DNA of 64,000 nt from Actinomycetota bacterium (GCA_004298555.1 SCQM01000161.1:1829-65828), one strand, 5' to 3'; shown: positions 31,037-42,480, counted from the first letter of the stretch. Numbers and translations: made by a program. The notes: generated by a model from the letters alone, not told the origin.

Positions 31037-31981
31037 TTAGACACCGACAGGCCTCTCACTGGAATAAGTCAGCAGGTAAGACTCGTCAATTGTCTTCGAA
31101 CCAGCCCCAAGCGCCTCGGCCCCACCCACAATCTCTGTTATTTCGGTGGTAATGGCGTCTTGACGGGCTCTATTCATGACGCGGCTCAGAGTCTTGATTA
31201 ACTCCTCAGCATTGTCGGATGCCGCTTTCATCGCCCTCTGCCTCGCCGCATGTTCAGCCGCAGATGCCTCGAGCAGAATTGCAAATATGGTCTCTTCCAC
31301 AAACATTCGAAGAAGCGGCTCGACAATTGCCTCCGGGGACGGTTCGATCTCAAAGTCAAGCGGCAGAACGTCTTCACGAGAGCCAAACTTATCCGGATCA
31401 AGTGGAAGCAGCCGCGTTATCTCGAGCTGCTGATTCCCAGCAGAGTAGAACCGATTCGAAACAATGTCGAAGCTTTCGACCTCGCCCGACTCATAGGCCG
31501 CCAGGATCGGCGCAGCGATCTGCCTAGCCTGATCGTAGTTAGGGCGATCTGTCACCTGAGTAAATGAAGCGTCGATCGGCACCTCTCGATATTTCAAATA
31601 ACTGTTTGCCTTGCGGCCGACGGCAACCAGAAAACTACCCTTGCCTGCTCTTTGGAACGCTTGGATCTGCCTCTCAGTTGCTCTCAAAACCGAAGAGTTA
31701 TAAGCTCCGCACAAGGTCCTATCAGCGGTTATAGCTAAAATCCCCTTTTTATCTGCAACTGGAGGCGCCCCCAAGAATACATTCTTTGGCAGGCCCGACG
31801 ACGCGGACAGATCACGGACGACTCCAACCAACTCTTCGTAATACGGCCTGGCTGCCGATATCCGCGCCATTGCTTTGACAATGCGCGAAGCAGCAATCAG
31901 CTCCATGGCCTTAGTAATCTTTTTGGTTGACTGGACGCTCTTGATGCGCCTTCGGAGAATTCTCTCCTGACCACCTGCCAC
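31037..31981 (-). CDS. atpG: F1 ATP synthase subunit gamma
   Basis: 314 aa. N-terminus RRIKSVQSTKKITKAMELIAASR and C-terminal helix ITTEITEIVGGAEAL. Confidence 0.95.
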   Translation of the reverse strand: MAGGQERILRRRIKSVQSTKKITKAMELIAASRIVKAMARISAARPYYEELVGVVRDLSASSGLPKNVFLGAPPVADKKGILAITADRTLCGAYNSSVLRATERQIQAFQRAGKGSFLVAVGRKANSYLKYREVPIDASFTQVTDRPNYDQARQIAAPILAAYESGEVESFDIVSNRFYSAGNQQLEITRLLPLDPDKFGSREDVLPLDFEIEPSPEAIVEPLLRMFVEETIFAILLEASAAEHAARQRAMKAASDNAEELIKTLSRVMNRARQDAITTEITEIVGGAEALGAGSKTIDESYLLTYSSERPVGV

Positions 31982-31986
31982 TTTGG

Positions 31987-33516
31987 TTATGCTCCCTTTA
32001 CGGTCGAATCATCAAAGCCAGCTTTGAACTCAGCGATAATTTCGTCGAGTACTGCAGTGTCTGGCATTGCGCCCGTCTGTTTGATTGTCGAAAGGATGTC
32101 ACTGTGACGGGCCCTGAAAAGCTCTATCAGCTGCAGCATGAAATGAGGAATCGCTGCCAAGGAGATGTCATCCACCTTCCCTGACGTGCCAGCGTAAATT
32201 GAAATCACCTGCTCCTCAACGGGCACGGGGGCATTCTGCTGCTGCTTCAGGATTGCGGTTAGACGATATCCTCTGTCGAGCTGCGACTGTGATACCTTGT
32301 CGAGTTCAGAGCCGAAAGTTGCAAATGCTTCAAGCTCACGGAACTGTGCCAAGTCAAGCTTCATGGTTCCAGAAACGGACTTCATAGCCTTGATCTGAGC
32401 GGCACCACCCACCCGTGATACGGAGATTCCTACGTCAATGGCGGGACGAACGCCGGAATAGAAGAGATCGGAGTCCAAGTAGACCTGGCCATCTGTAATC
32501 GATATGACGTTGGTGGGAATATACGCAGAAACATCGCCTGCTTTCGTCTCAATTATCGGAAGTGCAGTCAGCGATCCTCCGCCCTTTGCATCCGAAAGCT
32601 TCGCAGCACGCTCCAGGAGACGTGAGTGTAGATAAAACACGTCGCCGGGGTACGCCTCGCGTCCTGGCGGCCTTCTCAACAGAAGCGAGAGCTGCCGGTA
32701 AGCCTCAGCCTGCTTGGAAAGGTCATCGTAAACAATGAGAGCATGCTCTCCCGACTCCATCCAGTGCTGGCCCATTGCACATCCCGCATATGGTGCGAGG
32801 TACTTGAAAGGTGCCGGATCAGACGCCGGAGCAGACACGACCACCGTGTACTCCATTGCACCGTGCTCCTCGAGCACTGCCACCGCGGATGCGACGGTCG
32901 ATCCTTTTTGCCCGATCGCCACGTAGATGCACTTAACTCCGGCACCCTTTTGGTTGATGATCGTGTCGAGAGCGATCGTCGTCTTGCCGGTTTTGCGGTC
33001 TCCAATGATCAGCTCACGCTGACCGCGACCGATGGGCGTCATGGAGTCAATGGCTTTGATACCAGTCTGGAGCGGCTCGCTAACTGGCTGACGGGCAGTT
33101 ATGCCGGGGGCCTGGACCTCAAGACGCCGCGTTGCACCAGAGTCGATTGGCCCCTTTCCGTCGATAGGTTCACCCAGAGCATTCACTACGCGGCCGAGTA
33201 GCGCGTCACCAATAGGCACGGATAGAATTCGGCCGGTCGCCCTTACCATCTGTCCCTCGTCAATACCAGAAGTATCTCCCAGAATGACCGCTCCTATGGA
33301 CTCTTCATCCAGGTTCAGCGCCAAGCCGAATTTGCCCGACTCAAACTCCAATATCTCATTAACTGCTGCGTTAGGCAGCCCAGAAATACGTGCGATACCG
33401 TCACCTATCTCGAGGATATGCCCGACTTGTTCCGCCTCAATGCCAGATTTGTAATCCTCTATATAAGTTTTTACCGCAGAGGCAATATCATTAGCGTTGA
33501 TGGTCAACTCAGCCAT
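31987..33516 (-). CDS. atpA: F1 ATP synthase subunit alpha
   Basis: 509 aa. Walker A GDRKTGKT and a typical alpha sequence throughout. Confidence 0.97.
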   Translation of the reverse strand: MAELTINANDIASAVKTYIEDYKSGIEAEQVGHILEIGDGIARISGLPNAAVNEILEFESGKFGLALNLDEESIGAVILGDTSGIDEGQMVRATGRILSVPIGDALLGRVVNALGEPIDGKGPIDSGATRRLEVQAPGITARQPVSEPLQTGIKAIDSMTPIGRGQRELIIGDRKTGKTTIALDTIINQKGAGVKCIYVAIGQKGSTVASAVAVLEEHGAMEYTVVVSAPASDPAPFKYLAPYAGCAMGQHWMESGEHALIVYDDLSKQAEAYRQLSLLLRRPPGREAYPGDVFYLHSRLLERAAKLSDAKGGGSLTALPIIETKAGDVSAYIPTNVISITDGQVYLDSDLFYSGVRPAIDVGISVSRVGGAAQIKAMKSVSGTMKLDLAQFRELEAFATFGSELDKVSQSQLDRGYRLTAILKQQQNAPVPVEEQVISIYAGTSGKVDDISLAAIPHFMLQLIELFRARHSDILSTIKQTGAMPDTAVLDEIIAEFKAGFDDSTVKGA

Positions 33517-34412
33517 CAGTTTCGCTCCCTTGATTTGACTGTGGCCGAAAGGCCAAGACGTACGCGAAGCTGTTCAATTCTCGTTCGAACACTTCCATCA
33601 AAAACGGTGTCCCCAATTACTGCAACTACCCCACCCACCAGTGAAGGGTCGACACTCGTTCGCATTTCAACTTCAACACCGACGGCTCTGGACAAAGCCG
33701 CAGTTATCTGATCTTTCTGGTCTTGAGTAAGTTCAGTAGCGGACTTTACTACTGCGATCCTGCGGTTTCGCAACTCCGCTGCCCGAGCAACCACCGAATC
33801 TAGAACTTCAACAAAATCTCTCAACCTGTCAATCGAAGCGGCAAACTCCGCAATCCGAAGTGTCATCGGGTGGCACCTGCCCGAAAGCAGTGCAGTGACC
33901 AGAGACTTCCTTTGATCAGGCACCGATCCGACCCCAGACAGAACTCTTCGGATCCGCATGTTCGATTCGACAATGCGTGCGAACCTGAAGAGCTCCTCCT
34001 CGACCAGTTCGAGAGCGTCAGTGCCTTGAAGCGACTCCAACAGAGCCTGTGAGTATCCGGCAATCCTGCCAGTCGTGGCAAAACCGCCGTCAAGGGAGAA
34101 CACCTCGTCCCCACTGATCAACCTGACCAGGTCACTGATGGTGTCAACAATTGCTCTCGGGTTCTCAGTTCCAACAATCGTTTCAAGCAGTTGAATAGCC
34201 AGAACGTCAACCTTGGATGCGAGCAAATCACCCAAAATAGCCTGTCTCTTCCTCGCAGGTATTGAAGGATCCGAAACAACCTCAGCCAACATCTCCTGGG
34301 AATCCAGGATCGTATTGAAGGCCCTCAGATCGTTAACGACCTGGTTGTACTTGTCAGATTGGCTCGCCAGGTACAGAACACCCTGGGCATATCCCCTCAA
34401 CGACTCTCTCAC
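33516..34412 (-). CDS. atpH: ATP synthase subunit delta (OSCP) with duplicated N-terminal domain
   Basis: 298 aa, versus about 180 aa typical. Residues about 5-100 and about 117-215 align to each other and to the OSCP N-domain pattern (GYAQ../GYSQ.., ..P..RK..). Normal delta C-domain follows. Confidence 0.85.
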   Translation of the reverse strand: MRESLRGYAQGVLYLASQSDKYNQVVNDLRAFNTILDSQEMLAEVVSDPSIPARKRQAILGDLLASKVDVLAIQLLETIVGTENPRAIVDTISDLVRLISGDEVFSLDGGFATTGRIAGYSQALLESLQGTDALELVEEELFRFARIVESNMRIRRVLSGVGSVPDQRKSLVTALLSGRCHPMTLRIAEFAASIDRLRDFVEVLDSVVARAAELRNRRIAVVKSATELTQDQKDQITAALSRAVGVEVEMRTSVDPSLVGGVVAVIGDTVFDGSVRTRIEQLRVRLGLSATVKSRERN

Positions 34413-34938
34413 GCCTGCATAGCTCCAATCTCGGAGATAAAGGAGTCAATCAGACTCTGAGAAGCAGCCCTGTCAACCTCGGCATCTATTATCTTTTCAG
34501 CCAACTCGAGAGCTAGAGACCCCACTTCGCTTCGAAGCTCAGCAATCACCCGCTGGCGCTCGATTCTAAGGGCCTCTTCATTGCGTGACCGCAAAATTGC
34601 CAAATCCTCCTCGGCCTTGGCCAAAAGATCCGCCCGCAGGGCTTCTCCCGTCTGCCGCGCTTCGTCGAGAATGTGGGTGGCCTCTCTCTTGGCCTGCGCC
34701 AACTGCTCACGGTACTCTTCAAGAGTCCTTTGTGCCTCAGCGCGAGCCAATTCAGCTGCATCAATGTCATTCCTGATTTTCGCCGCCCGGTCCGCCATCA
34801 TCTTCTTCACGGGCGGGTAAGCCCATTTACCGAGAAGAAGCAAAAGCAACAGGAACGAAAGCACCGACCAGATGATTTCTCCGGTCGCGGGCAAAATAGG
34901 GTTGGATGAATCAGCTGCAATAATTACGGTAGTAATCA

Positions 34939-34939
<1 letters not shown>
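34409..34939 (-). CDS. atpF: Fo ATP synthase subunit b
   Basis: 176 aa. Single N-terminal TM then a long charged helix (AE/R/K/Q-rich). Operon position. Confidence 0.85.
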
Positions 34940-35259
<320 letters not shown>

Positions 35260-35436
35260 CTAACAATAACTACTGATCGTGACTTGGGGAGACTTTCCCC
35301 GGTAGAACTCTAATCCACTCGGGATCTTCGTTCTAAATGATTGGAGAGATTTTACATCCCCACAATCAAACTTCTATCTGACCTTGACCGATTATGATTA
35401 CTTCCTCTCTCTAAGTCGAACCATTGTCAGCAACCC

Positions 35437-36207
35437 TTAGTGCTGGCTCTTCATTGCCTCGGCAATATACAGAGCAGACAAAATCGTAAAAATAAAAGCT
35501 TGAAGGGCACTTACAAAAATCTCGTACCCCGTCAGCGCCGTCAACATGGCAAATGGCAGCGGCAGAATCACCAACCCGATGCTCTTGACAAACATCGCCT
35601 CAGAAATAACCGCAAACGTCAGCAGAAGCAAGTGTCCTGCCAAGAGGTTCCCAAAAAGTCGGACTGCCAGGGCAAATGGCCGGACGATAAAGTTAGAGAG
35701 TATTTCAAGCGGAACCAGTATCACTAGCAGAGGTCCAGGGACGCCCGATGGAACCACAGCATTCTTGAAATAATGTCCTATTCCCTGCGCCCTGATGCCC
35801 ACAGTGATAAATGTGAACCACACCATTATCGCCAATGGAGCAGGTACGGACATTCGGGCTGTTGCCGGCATCTGAATAAACGGGATTACTTCGAAAAGAT
35901 TGGAAAAGAGTATGAAGAAAAAAAGCCCGGTTAAGTACGGAGCCCATGGTGCACCTTCGGGACCCATCACGTCGAGCACTATCGAGTTGTTTATAAAGTC
36001 AACCATCGACTCTACAAAGTTTTGGACTCCACTGGGCACAAGTTGCCTTTGACGTCCCGCAAGGTAGAACAGCAGGAGTGTAATCCCAGCTGAAACCAAA
36101 GTAATGAGGCCAACTTTGTTCAGCGCAAAAGGCGAGCCGCTAAAGGCTATTGCCTTCCAATTGAGCACATCGGAGATGGGTGGGAAGTTGATTCCAGCTA
36201 ACAACAC
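35437..36207 (-). CDS. atpB: Fo ATP synthase subunit a
   Basis: 256 aa. Conserved Arg helix LAVRLFGNLLAGH. Confidence 0.9.
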   Translation of the reverse strand: MLLAGINFPPISDVLNWKAIAFSGSPFALNKVGLITLVSAGITLLLFYLAGRQRQLVPSGVQNFVESMVDFINNSIVLDVMGPEGAPWAPYLTGLFFFILFSNLFEVIPFIQMPATARMSVPAPLAIMVWFTFITVGIRAQGIGHYFKNAVVPSGVPGPLLVILVPLEILSNFIVRPFALAVRLFGNLLAGHLLLLTFAVISEAMFVKSIGLVILPLPFAMLTALTGYEIFVSALQAFIFTILSALYIAEAMKSQH

Positions 36208-36223
36208 CTGACTACCTAACTCC

Positions 36224-36718
36224 TTACTTATTCTGGCGAAGACCTAAAAAGGTCATTCGAGCTGAAATAGTACTTGCTTCAAAAACTACAAGACCCAGGT
36301 GCGTTACAATTAGGGTCAGGCCCAGCGCCCACAAATTCATCCACGATGCAGTCGCGAATGGTATAACTGCCGCACTTAAAAGCGCTAGATCGAATATAAA
36401 GCCACCGAACGCCGCTCCCATCAGTGCGGACAAAGAAATCCGCCCCCCCATTTTCATCAGCTTGGCGGTGACGAGAAAGTTAATCAGAATCAAGACAATG
36501 GCGTAGGCCGACGACTCAAGTCCTTTGGTCGACCAGATTAAAAAGGAAACCAAGAGCAGAACGGGAGAAAAAAGGGCACCCCACTTCACCATATGGGAAG
36601 CCATATGTTGTTCTATAAGTTCGTTTCCAGGTTCCAAACTAAACCCCGCATCTACGCCAGCAACTGACGACATCGCGCCCATTTCTATCCCAGCAGCCAC
36701 ACAGCTTAGTGACTGCAA
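36224..36718 (-). CDS. Small membrane protein, AtpI-like (ATP synthase protein I position)
   Basis: Up to 164 aa with 4 hydrophobic segments, immediately upstream of atpB. The true start is probably an internal Met. Confidence 0.5.
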   Translation of the reverse strand: MQSLSCVAAGIEMGAMSSVAGVDAGFSLEPGNELIEQHMASHMVKWGALFSPVLLLVSFLIWSTKGLESSAYAIVLILINFLVTAKLMKMGGRISLSALMGAAFGGFIFDLALLSAAVIPFATASWMNLWALGLTLIVTHLGLVVFEASTISARMTFLGLRQNK

Positions 36719-37159
36719 TCATCCGTCGCCGTTGTCAGCTTTGGATCCATCATCAAGCGTCAGATCCAAGTCTGAAGGCACCTCAAGGTCACCTCCCAGC
36801 AATTCACCCATTTCCACTGGCTTAATCTGTGACCGACGTATGACTCTACTAGATGACTCGCCATTTTGTAAAAACCTAGAGGAAGATTGGGGAGCGAAAG
36901 ATTCGTACCACAGCTTAATCACCATACCTGCAATGCCGAAAAACAGAAATCCAAGAGTCAATATCGGAGCTGTGCCAAATTTGAAATCAAGAAACACTCC
37001 CAGCAGACAGAAAAGTATCGGCGTTAATACCATTTCAAATGCCTTCACGAATCCATCGCCCATTTGGGACGAATCCGAAGGAACTCTCTCGAAATCCGAG
37101 GAGCTCTTGGGCTTGGCTCCTTTAATCATGAAATCAACAATGGCTCTAGTGCGGCTCAT
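36719..37159 (-). CDS. AtpZ/ATPase_gene1-like small membrane protein
   Basis: 146 aa. Two TM helices (FEMVLTPILFCLLGVFLD..., ILTLGFLFFGIAGMVIKLWY) and an acidic tail. Abuts the next ORF. Confidence 0.55.
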   Translation of the reverse strand: MSRTRAIVDFMIKGAKPKSSSDFERVPSDSSQMGDGFVKAFEMVLTPILFCLLGVFLDFKFGTAPILTLGFLFFGIAGMVIKLWYESFAPQSSSRFLQNGESSSRVIRRSQIKPVEMGELLGGDLEVPSDLDLTLDDGSKADNGDG

Positions 37160-38403
37160 TTCCGGACCCTTTTCCTGGCAAAATGACCTCCGTAAGAATC
37201 GAGCGTCTCATCTTCAACGGCTGCGCCATCGTCCTTGTCTTTGTCAGGCCTTATAACCAGTTTTGCAAATTTCACCCATAGAGGCTCCCTTTCCCACGCC
37301 CTTCTTGGCTTTGAAAATGCTTTGTCCCTGATCGCCGGGTGGAACATCGTATATAGAGAGACACCCAGCGCGGCGGCAATGAACGGCACCAAAGCATTTC
37401 CCGTCCTGGTAAATGTAGGTGTGAGCACAAATCCAGAAAGCAAGGCAGTCCAGGCCCACAAGATCAGGACCGAACGCCTGTGGCCATGCCCCATTTGAAT
37501 CAGGCGGTGGTGAAGATGCTGCTTATCGGGAGTCGAAACTCCGGTCCTCCTGGCCGTTCTGCGAATGATTGCAAAGGCCATATCCACCATCGGCACCCCA
37601 AGAATAAAAAACGGGATGAATAAAGGAGCAAAAAAGAAAAAGGTGTCTCCCGAGACATCTGTGGTTCTACCTCCCACCACCGATGTCGATGCAGCCATCA
37701 GCAAGCCAAGGAAAAGTGCCCCTGTATCACCCATAAAGATTTTGGCTGGATGAAAATTGTGAGGCAGAAAGCCGATGCAGACTCCCGCCGTTATCACGGC
37801 GATGAGAGGACCAATGCTATTTGACGACAAGGCCCCAAGATCCACAAGCCTTTGTGAATAGATGAAAAAACTCCCCGCCGCTATTGCAACGATCCCAGAG
37901 GCAAGTCCATCCAATCCGTCAATCAGATTGATCGCATTTGCCATTGCCACCACCCACATTGCAGTCAGCAAAGGAGTGATCGAAGATGAAAGAACTACAA
38001 CTCCAGCAAAAGGAACCTTGAAATAAAACATCGTCACGCCGAAGAAGGTCAGCACGCTGGCGGCAAGAATCTGACCAGCGACCTTTGCTGGCGCAGATAC
38101 CTCCCGGAAGTCATCAACAAGGCCTACGAGGAACATGACCGTGGCTGCCAGCAGAACTCCTAAAAGTTCAGAACTGCCTCTAAAGAGCCGATTGAACTGC
38201 GGGAGCAGATAGGCGACGCCCAGCGCTGCCAAAAATCCCGCGTACATCGAAACACCGCCGATGGTGGCGGTCGGGTGCTGATGTATCCGCCTCTCGTCCG
38301 GCTCGACTACCGCCTTGACACGAAATGCAAGATACCGGTTCAGGAACGTGGCAGCGTAGCAGACTAGTGCCGAGACGGCCAGCAAAGTTAGGTATCCGAA
38401 CAC
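37156..38403 (-). CDS. wecA: Polyprenyl-phosphate GlcNAc-1-phosphate transferase (MraY/WecA glycosyltransferase family 4)
   Basis: 415 aa polytopic protein. NAINLIDGLDGLA and FMGDTGALFLG motifs. Conserved position upstream of the atp operon. Confidence 0.85.
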   Translation of the reverse strand: MFGYLTLLAVSALVCYAATFLNRYLAFRVKAVVEPDERRIHQHPTATIGGVSMYAGFLAALGVAYLLPQFNRLFRGSSELLGVLLAATVMFLVGLVDDFREVSAPAKVAGQILAASVLTFFGVTMFYFKVPFAGVVVLSSSITPLLTAMWVVAMANAINLIDGLDGLASGIVAIAAGSFFIYSQRLVDLGALSSNSIGPLIAVITAGVCIGFLPHNFHPAKIFMGDTGALFLGLLMAASTSVVGGRTTDVSGDTFFFFAPLFIPFFILGVPMVDMAFAIIRRTARRTGVSTPDKQHLHHRLIQMGHGHRRSVLILWAWTALLSGFVLTPTFTRTGNALVPFIAAALGVSLYTMFHPAIRDKAFSKPRRAWEREPLWVKFAKLVIRPDKDKDDGAAVEDETLDSYGGHFARKRVRK

Positions 38404-38420
38404 CTAACTCTCACCAGCAC

Positions 38421-39722
38421 TCACTGCATGAAAGGTGGAGGAAACTTCGAGCAAAGCAAGGTCACCTCTTCCGCCGTCTGCGAGACCACTGCCTCATCCG
38501 CCCGATCTCGAAGCACACGGCCGATCAACTCGGCGATATATGACATTTCAGCCTCTCCCATCCCGGCTGTGGTCTCCGCCGGCGTTCCAAATCGCAGCCC
38601 GCTGGTGACAAACGGAGACCGAGGATCATAAGGGATTTGATTTCGGTTGCAGGTTATGCCAGCCCGGTCCAATACCTCCTGCGCCTCTTTGCCGGTCAAC
38701 TCTGAGTCAAAAGCCCTTAAGTCGGCCACGATCATGTGAGAATCGGTACCGTTTGAAACTAGCCGAAAGCCTTGATTTTCCAGGGCGCTGGCAAGCATTT
38801 TGGCATTGGCCAACACCGCCTTCTGGTATCGGACGAACTCTTCCGAGCTGGCCTCTTTGAATGCAACAGCCTTCGCGGCGATTATGTGCTCCAGCGGTCC
38901 TCCCTGCAGACCCGGAAATACTGCCTTGTCAATAGCAGGCGCGAGCTCTTCGGTGCATAGGATCGCTCCGCCTCTCGGGCCGCGCATAGTCTTGTGCGTC
39001 GTGAAGGTGACAACATCAGCACCTAAATTCTTGCCGGATCTCGACGAGCCGACCGGAGACGGGTAGACGCCAGCCGCGATCAAGCCTGCAACGTGTGCGG
39101 CATCAAACATAAGGTAGGCACCGACCTCGTCTGCAATCCTGCGCAAAGGCTCGATCTCAATGATTCGGGTATAGGCGGTGGCTCCAACGACGATTAATTT
39201 TGGCCGTTCGCTTCTAGCGAGACGATAAAGGTCTTCAAGATCGATGCGTTCGCCGTCAGGCCCTGCCGGGGTGACTCCATAAGAGACAAAATTGTAAAGC
39301 TGTCCTGAAAAGTTGACCGGGGATCCGTGAGTGAGATGGCCTCCCTGATCGAGCCGCATAGCTAAAACCGTATCTCCCGGACTCAGAAGAGCCAGGTATA
39401 CAGCTGCATTTGCATTTGCTCCAGCATGAGGTTGAACATTAGCATGATCCGCCCCAAAAAGCGTTGCCAGCCGGGTGCGGGCCAGCTCTTCTACGCGGTC
39501 TATGAATTGGTTGCCACCGTAGTAGCGCTTTTTGGGATAGCCCTCCGCATACTTATTGGTGAGAACCGAGCCCGCTGCCTCCAAAACCGCCTTCGAAGTG
39601 AAGTTCTCAGAAGCTATCAGCTGCAGCGTAGAGCTCTGTCTCCACACTTCTAGATCAAGTATCGCTCCCAACTCGGGATCTTGCACCGAAGTAAGAGGGT
39701 AAAAGCGACTGTAGTCGGACAT
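38421..39722 (-). CDS. glyA: Serine hydroxymethyltransferase
   Basis: LIASENF and PLP-Lys motif [12 protein letters not shown]. Start set to ATG 39722 (AGGAAGG RBS). The longest ORF (to 39890) would overlap tsaC. Confidence 0.95.
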   Translation of the reverse strand: MSDYSRFYPLTSVQDPELGAILDLEVWRQSSTLQLIASENFTSKAVLEAAGSVLTNKYAEGYPKKRYYGGNQFIDRVEELARTRLATLFGADHANVQPHAGANANAAVYLALLSPGDTVLAMRLDQGGHLTHGSPVNFSGQLYNFVSYGVTPAGPDGERIDLEDLYRLARSERPKLIVVGATAYTRIIEIEPLRRIADEVGAYLMFDAAHVAGLIAAGVYPSPVGSSRSGKNLGADVVTFTTHKTMRGPRGGAILCTEELAPAIDKAVFPGLQGGPLEHIIAAKAVAFKEASSEEFVRYQKAVLANAKMLASALENQGFRLVSNGTDSHMIVADLRAFDSELTGKEAQEVLDRAGITCNRNQIPYDPRSPFVTSGLRFGTPAETTAGMGEAEMSYIAELIGRVLRDRADEAVVSQTAEEVTLLCSKFPPPFMQ

Positions 39723-39801
39723 TAATCGAGGCCTTCCTGTGGTGACGCCACAACATCTTAACTCTTCGCTTATAACAAAGCCTCTTTGAATTCTACTATT
39801 G

Positions 39802-40482
39802 TTAATCGCCCAATCCGAAGGCATGAGCGATTGCTTGTCCAGAAACCGCCCCTTCGCGTATGAGCCGGTAGCCTGCTTTCGAGACTTCAACTACGGTCGA
39901 GGCGGACGCAGATCTTGCATGTTCGTCGAGAACGACCGATAGCCCTCTGCTCAAGGAACTGGTGCCGAAAGCCTCCAGAACTTCTTGACCGCTTTCGAGA
40001 ACAGTTTTGGAGTGCTCGTTTGCACTCGTAGCCACAATAGGTCCCACCCTGGTGGCAATTTGACACAGTCTGGAGTCCGCAGGCAAACGTATACCAACAG
40101 TTCCAGCAGAAAAAAATCGATCACAAACTGCTCCGGGGATCAGAGGCAGAACTACCGTCAACGGACCGGGCCAGAACGTGTCAATCAATTTTGAGATTCT
40201 TTGATCACCGAGGATTTCCAATGGCACCAGGGAAGTCAGCTGCCTCCGGGAACCAATGATCACCGGCATCGCGACTGATGCGTCACGGCCCTTGATGGAA
40301 GCAATGGAATCAAGCGCATCACAGTCTCCAGCACAGCCGATCAGCCCAAACACCGTATCCGTAGCCAGAGCTACAATTTTGCCAGAGAGCAGCTCACCGG
40401 CAAGCAGATCGATCAAGGCATCGAATGAAATCAGTTCAGGATTGACTAGCTGAGGCTTCACAGACAGATAAGCATAGAGCAA
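39802..40482 (-). CDS. tsaC: L-threonylcarbamoyladenylate synthase (TsaC/Sua5/YwlC family)
   Basis: 226 aa. [16 protein letters not shown] and ATSANEHS motifs. Confidence 0.85.
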   Translation of the reverse strand: MLYAYLSVKPQLVNPELISFDALIDLLAGELLSGKIVALATDTVFGLIGCAGDCDALDSIASIKGRDASVAMPVIIGSRRQLTSLVPLEILGDQRISKLIDTFWPGPLTVVLPLIPGAVCDRFFSAGTVGIRLPADSRLCQIATRVGPIVATSANEHSKTVLESGQEVLEAFGTSSLSRGLSVVLDEHARSASASTVVEVSKAGYRLIREGAVSGQAIAHAFGLGD

Positions 40483-40518
40483 TCAGCTACACCGTGACGG
40501 TGCTCTGTCATAACAAGC

Positions 40519-41784
40519 TCAGGCGATGGCCGCCTCTGGGTCCGAAAATACAACCACGCAGTTTTGGCCACCAAACCCGAAAGCATTCGCGACTGATGTG
40601 CGAACTTCCAGGGGCCGCGCCTTGTGGGGGACATAGTCGAGATCACATTCAGGATCCGGAAAGTCAAGATTTATTGTCGGAGGCACAATGTTGTCACGGA
40701 TGGAAAGCGCGCACACCATAGTTGCAAGGGCACCCGCAGCGCCGATCATGTGGCCTACCATCGACTTGGGGCTGGACACTGCAACCTCATCAGCAGCCTT
40801 GCCAAACACGCTGCGTATAGCGGCACTTTCCACCCGGTCGTTCGCCTTGGTCGATGTACCGTGAGCACAAATGTAATCCACTTCCTCAGGGCGTACTCCT
40901 GACCTCTGCAACGCCACAGAGATAGAAGCCCTGGTCATTTCCCCATCAGGATTTGGAGCGCTGACATGAAACGCATCTGCAGTCAAAGCGCCTCCAGCAA
41001 CTGCTGCGTAGGGAGCCTTGCCCCTTGCGCGAGCGTGAACAGCTGACTCAAGAACAGCCACTACAGCTCCTTCACTGAATACGAATCCATCGCGTCTTGA
41101 ATCGAATGGCCGGCTGGCAGCAGCCGGATTGTCGTTATTTTTAGACAACACTCCCATGGCGTTCAGGCCCGCAAACATTACCGGAGTAATTCCAGCATCA
41201 GTGCCCCCACAGACCACGACGTCAGCTTCATCAGAAAGTATCAGGCGCTTTGCCTCCAGAATGGCATAAAGTCCGCTCGCGCAGGCCAAAGCGCTTGCGG
41301 TTACGGGACCGTGCAGCCCAAGATCGATCGACACCTCGCAGGCTGGCATATTGGTGAGCGAAGACGAAACGAAGTGCGGATGTATTTGGCCCCGGTCTGG
41401 ATCAAGAAGGCGACGGGTGGACTCCTCAACCGTGTCAAATCCAGCCACGGCACAGTTGATCACCACTCCGATGCGCGTCAGATCTTCCGACTCAAGGTTC
41501 AGACCAGCATCAGCAACTGCTTCGCGGGCAGCCGCTACCGCAAAATGCGTAAAACGTGCTGACCGCCTCAGCCGTTTGGTCGTCAGGAGCGACGCGGGGT
41601 CAAAGCCTTTGACTTCGCCTGCTATTCTGGTAGGCAACCCGTTGCTCTCAAAGGCTGTGATCCGCGCAATTCCAGACTGCCCGGCTAACAGGTTCCGCCA
41701 GGTCGTCTCGCGGTCGTTGCCTACAGGGGTAACCGCGCCCAGTCCCGTGATTACCGCCTGTTGCCTCTCTCCGCCTCCTGTCAT
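40519..41784 (-). CDS. fabF: 3-oxoacyl-ACP synthase II (KAS II)
   Basis: VITGLGAVTPVG, active-site ACASG, HGTST, GH.IGAAG, NAFGFGGQN. Start ambiguous (ATG 41784 or TTG 41823). Confidence 0.9.
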   Translation of the reverse strand: MTGGGERQQAVITGLGAVTPVGNDRETTWRNLLAGQSGIARITAFESNGLPTRIAGEVKGFDPASLLTTKRLRRSARFTHFAVAAAREAVADAGLNLESEDLTRIGVVINCAVAGFDTVEESTRRLLDPDRGQIHPHFVSSSLTNMPACEVSIDLGLHGPVTASALACASGLYAILEAKRLILSDEADVVVCGGTDAGITPVMFAGLNAMGVLSKNNDNPAAASRPFDSRRDGFVFSEGAVVAVLESAVHARARGKAPYAAVAGGALTADAFHVSAPNPDGEMTRASISVALQRSGVRPEEVDYICAHGTSTKANDRVESAAIRSVFGKAADEVAVSSPKSMVGHMIGAAGALATMVCALSIRDNIVPPTINLDFPDPECDLDYVPHKARPLEVRTSVANAFGFGGQNCVVVFSDPEAAIA

Positions 41785-41899
41785 ATCTGGGACCGCGACA
41801 TTTTCCGGGCATGAATGAACCAACTTAGCATTTGACAGGTTTCCTTAATCTTGTGATCTTGCCAATATTCGTAACATTCAGATGTGTCAGCAACCGGCA

Positions 41900-42100
41900 T
41901 CAGAATCGGCTCGCTCGCGCCGGTATCGGATCCTTTATAACCTGGAATCCGGCGCCACTGATAGCCCACACGCGAGAGTTATCAAAACCTACGCTACGCC
42001 CAACGCCGCTAGTGCCCAACGCCGAAATCACGTCGCAGTCTGCGCTAAGGTCGTCAAGCACGTAAAGTGCCTCCAGAAGTCCCATCAATGTATTCAGCAA
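41900..42100 (-). CDS. Small hypothetical ORF at the usual acpP position (ACP-motif-like but atypical)
   Basis: 66 aa from TTG (AGGAG 11 nt upstream). About 40% of codons start with G, which is coding-like. LDDLSADCDVISAL resembles the ACP DDLGADSLD motif with Cys at the Ser position. The N-terminus is too short for a canonical ACP and the protein is not strongly acidic. Confidence 0.25.
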   Translation of the reverse strand: MLNTLMGLLEALYVLDDLSADCDVISALGTSGVGRSVGFDNSRVWAISGAGFQVIKDPIPARASRF

Positions 42101-42480
42101 CTGGGCCGCCGCTCCTGCAATGGATTAACTCCCTAACGGATACTTCAAAATTGCATAATTGATTTATCCTAATCCAGCGCCTTAGCCCATGCCAACCAAA
42201 TCTCAATCCGGTCCATTCGACATAACCTTCTGACCTTAGGTATAGCCTCTGGCGAATGCTCGCAAGGTCAGCCTTTCTTCAAAGTGCGTCTCTCATAAAG
42301 TATTCGCCAAGAGCCAAAATCGACTAGCGGCTTCGCCCTAAGCGCGATCCTTTGCCGCCATCACTGACGGGAATTGCCGCGCAGAGCGATCAAATCGGTC
42401 AAACAGTACCAATTCTTTTCGTCTATCCCCATAGATAGTTCAACCAAGTTATTGTTGAAACGAAACACCAGAAGTTCGCG

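Noticed and set aside
36525-37256. 243-aa plus-strand ORF spanning the AtpI-like and AtpZ-like genes
   Set aside because: It is antisense to two membrane-protein genes in conserved operon position. The product is S/P-rich and low complexity with no motif.
39723-39801. ZTP (pfl) riboswitch upstream of glyA
   Set aside because: The spacer is only 79 nt. It contains one 5-bp hairpin (TGTGG/CCACA) next to the RBS and no CCGCCUGGGC-type 3' motif.
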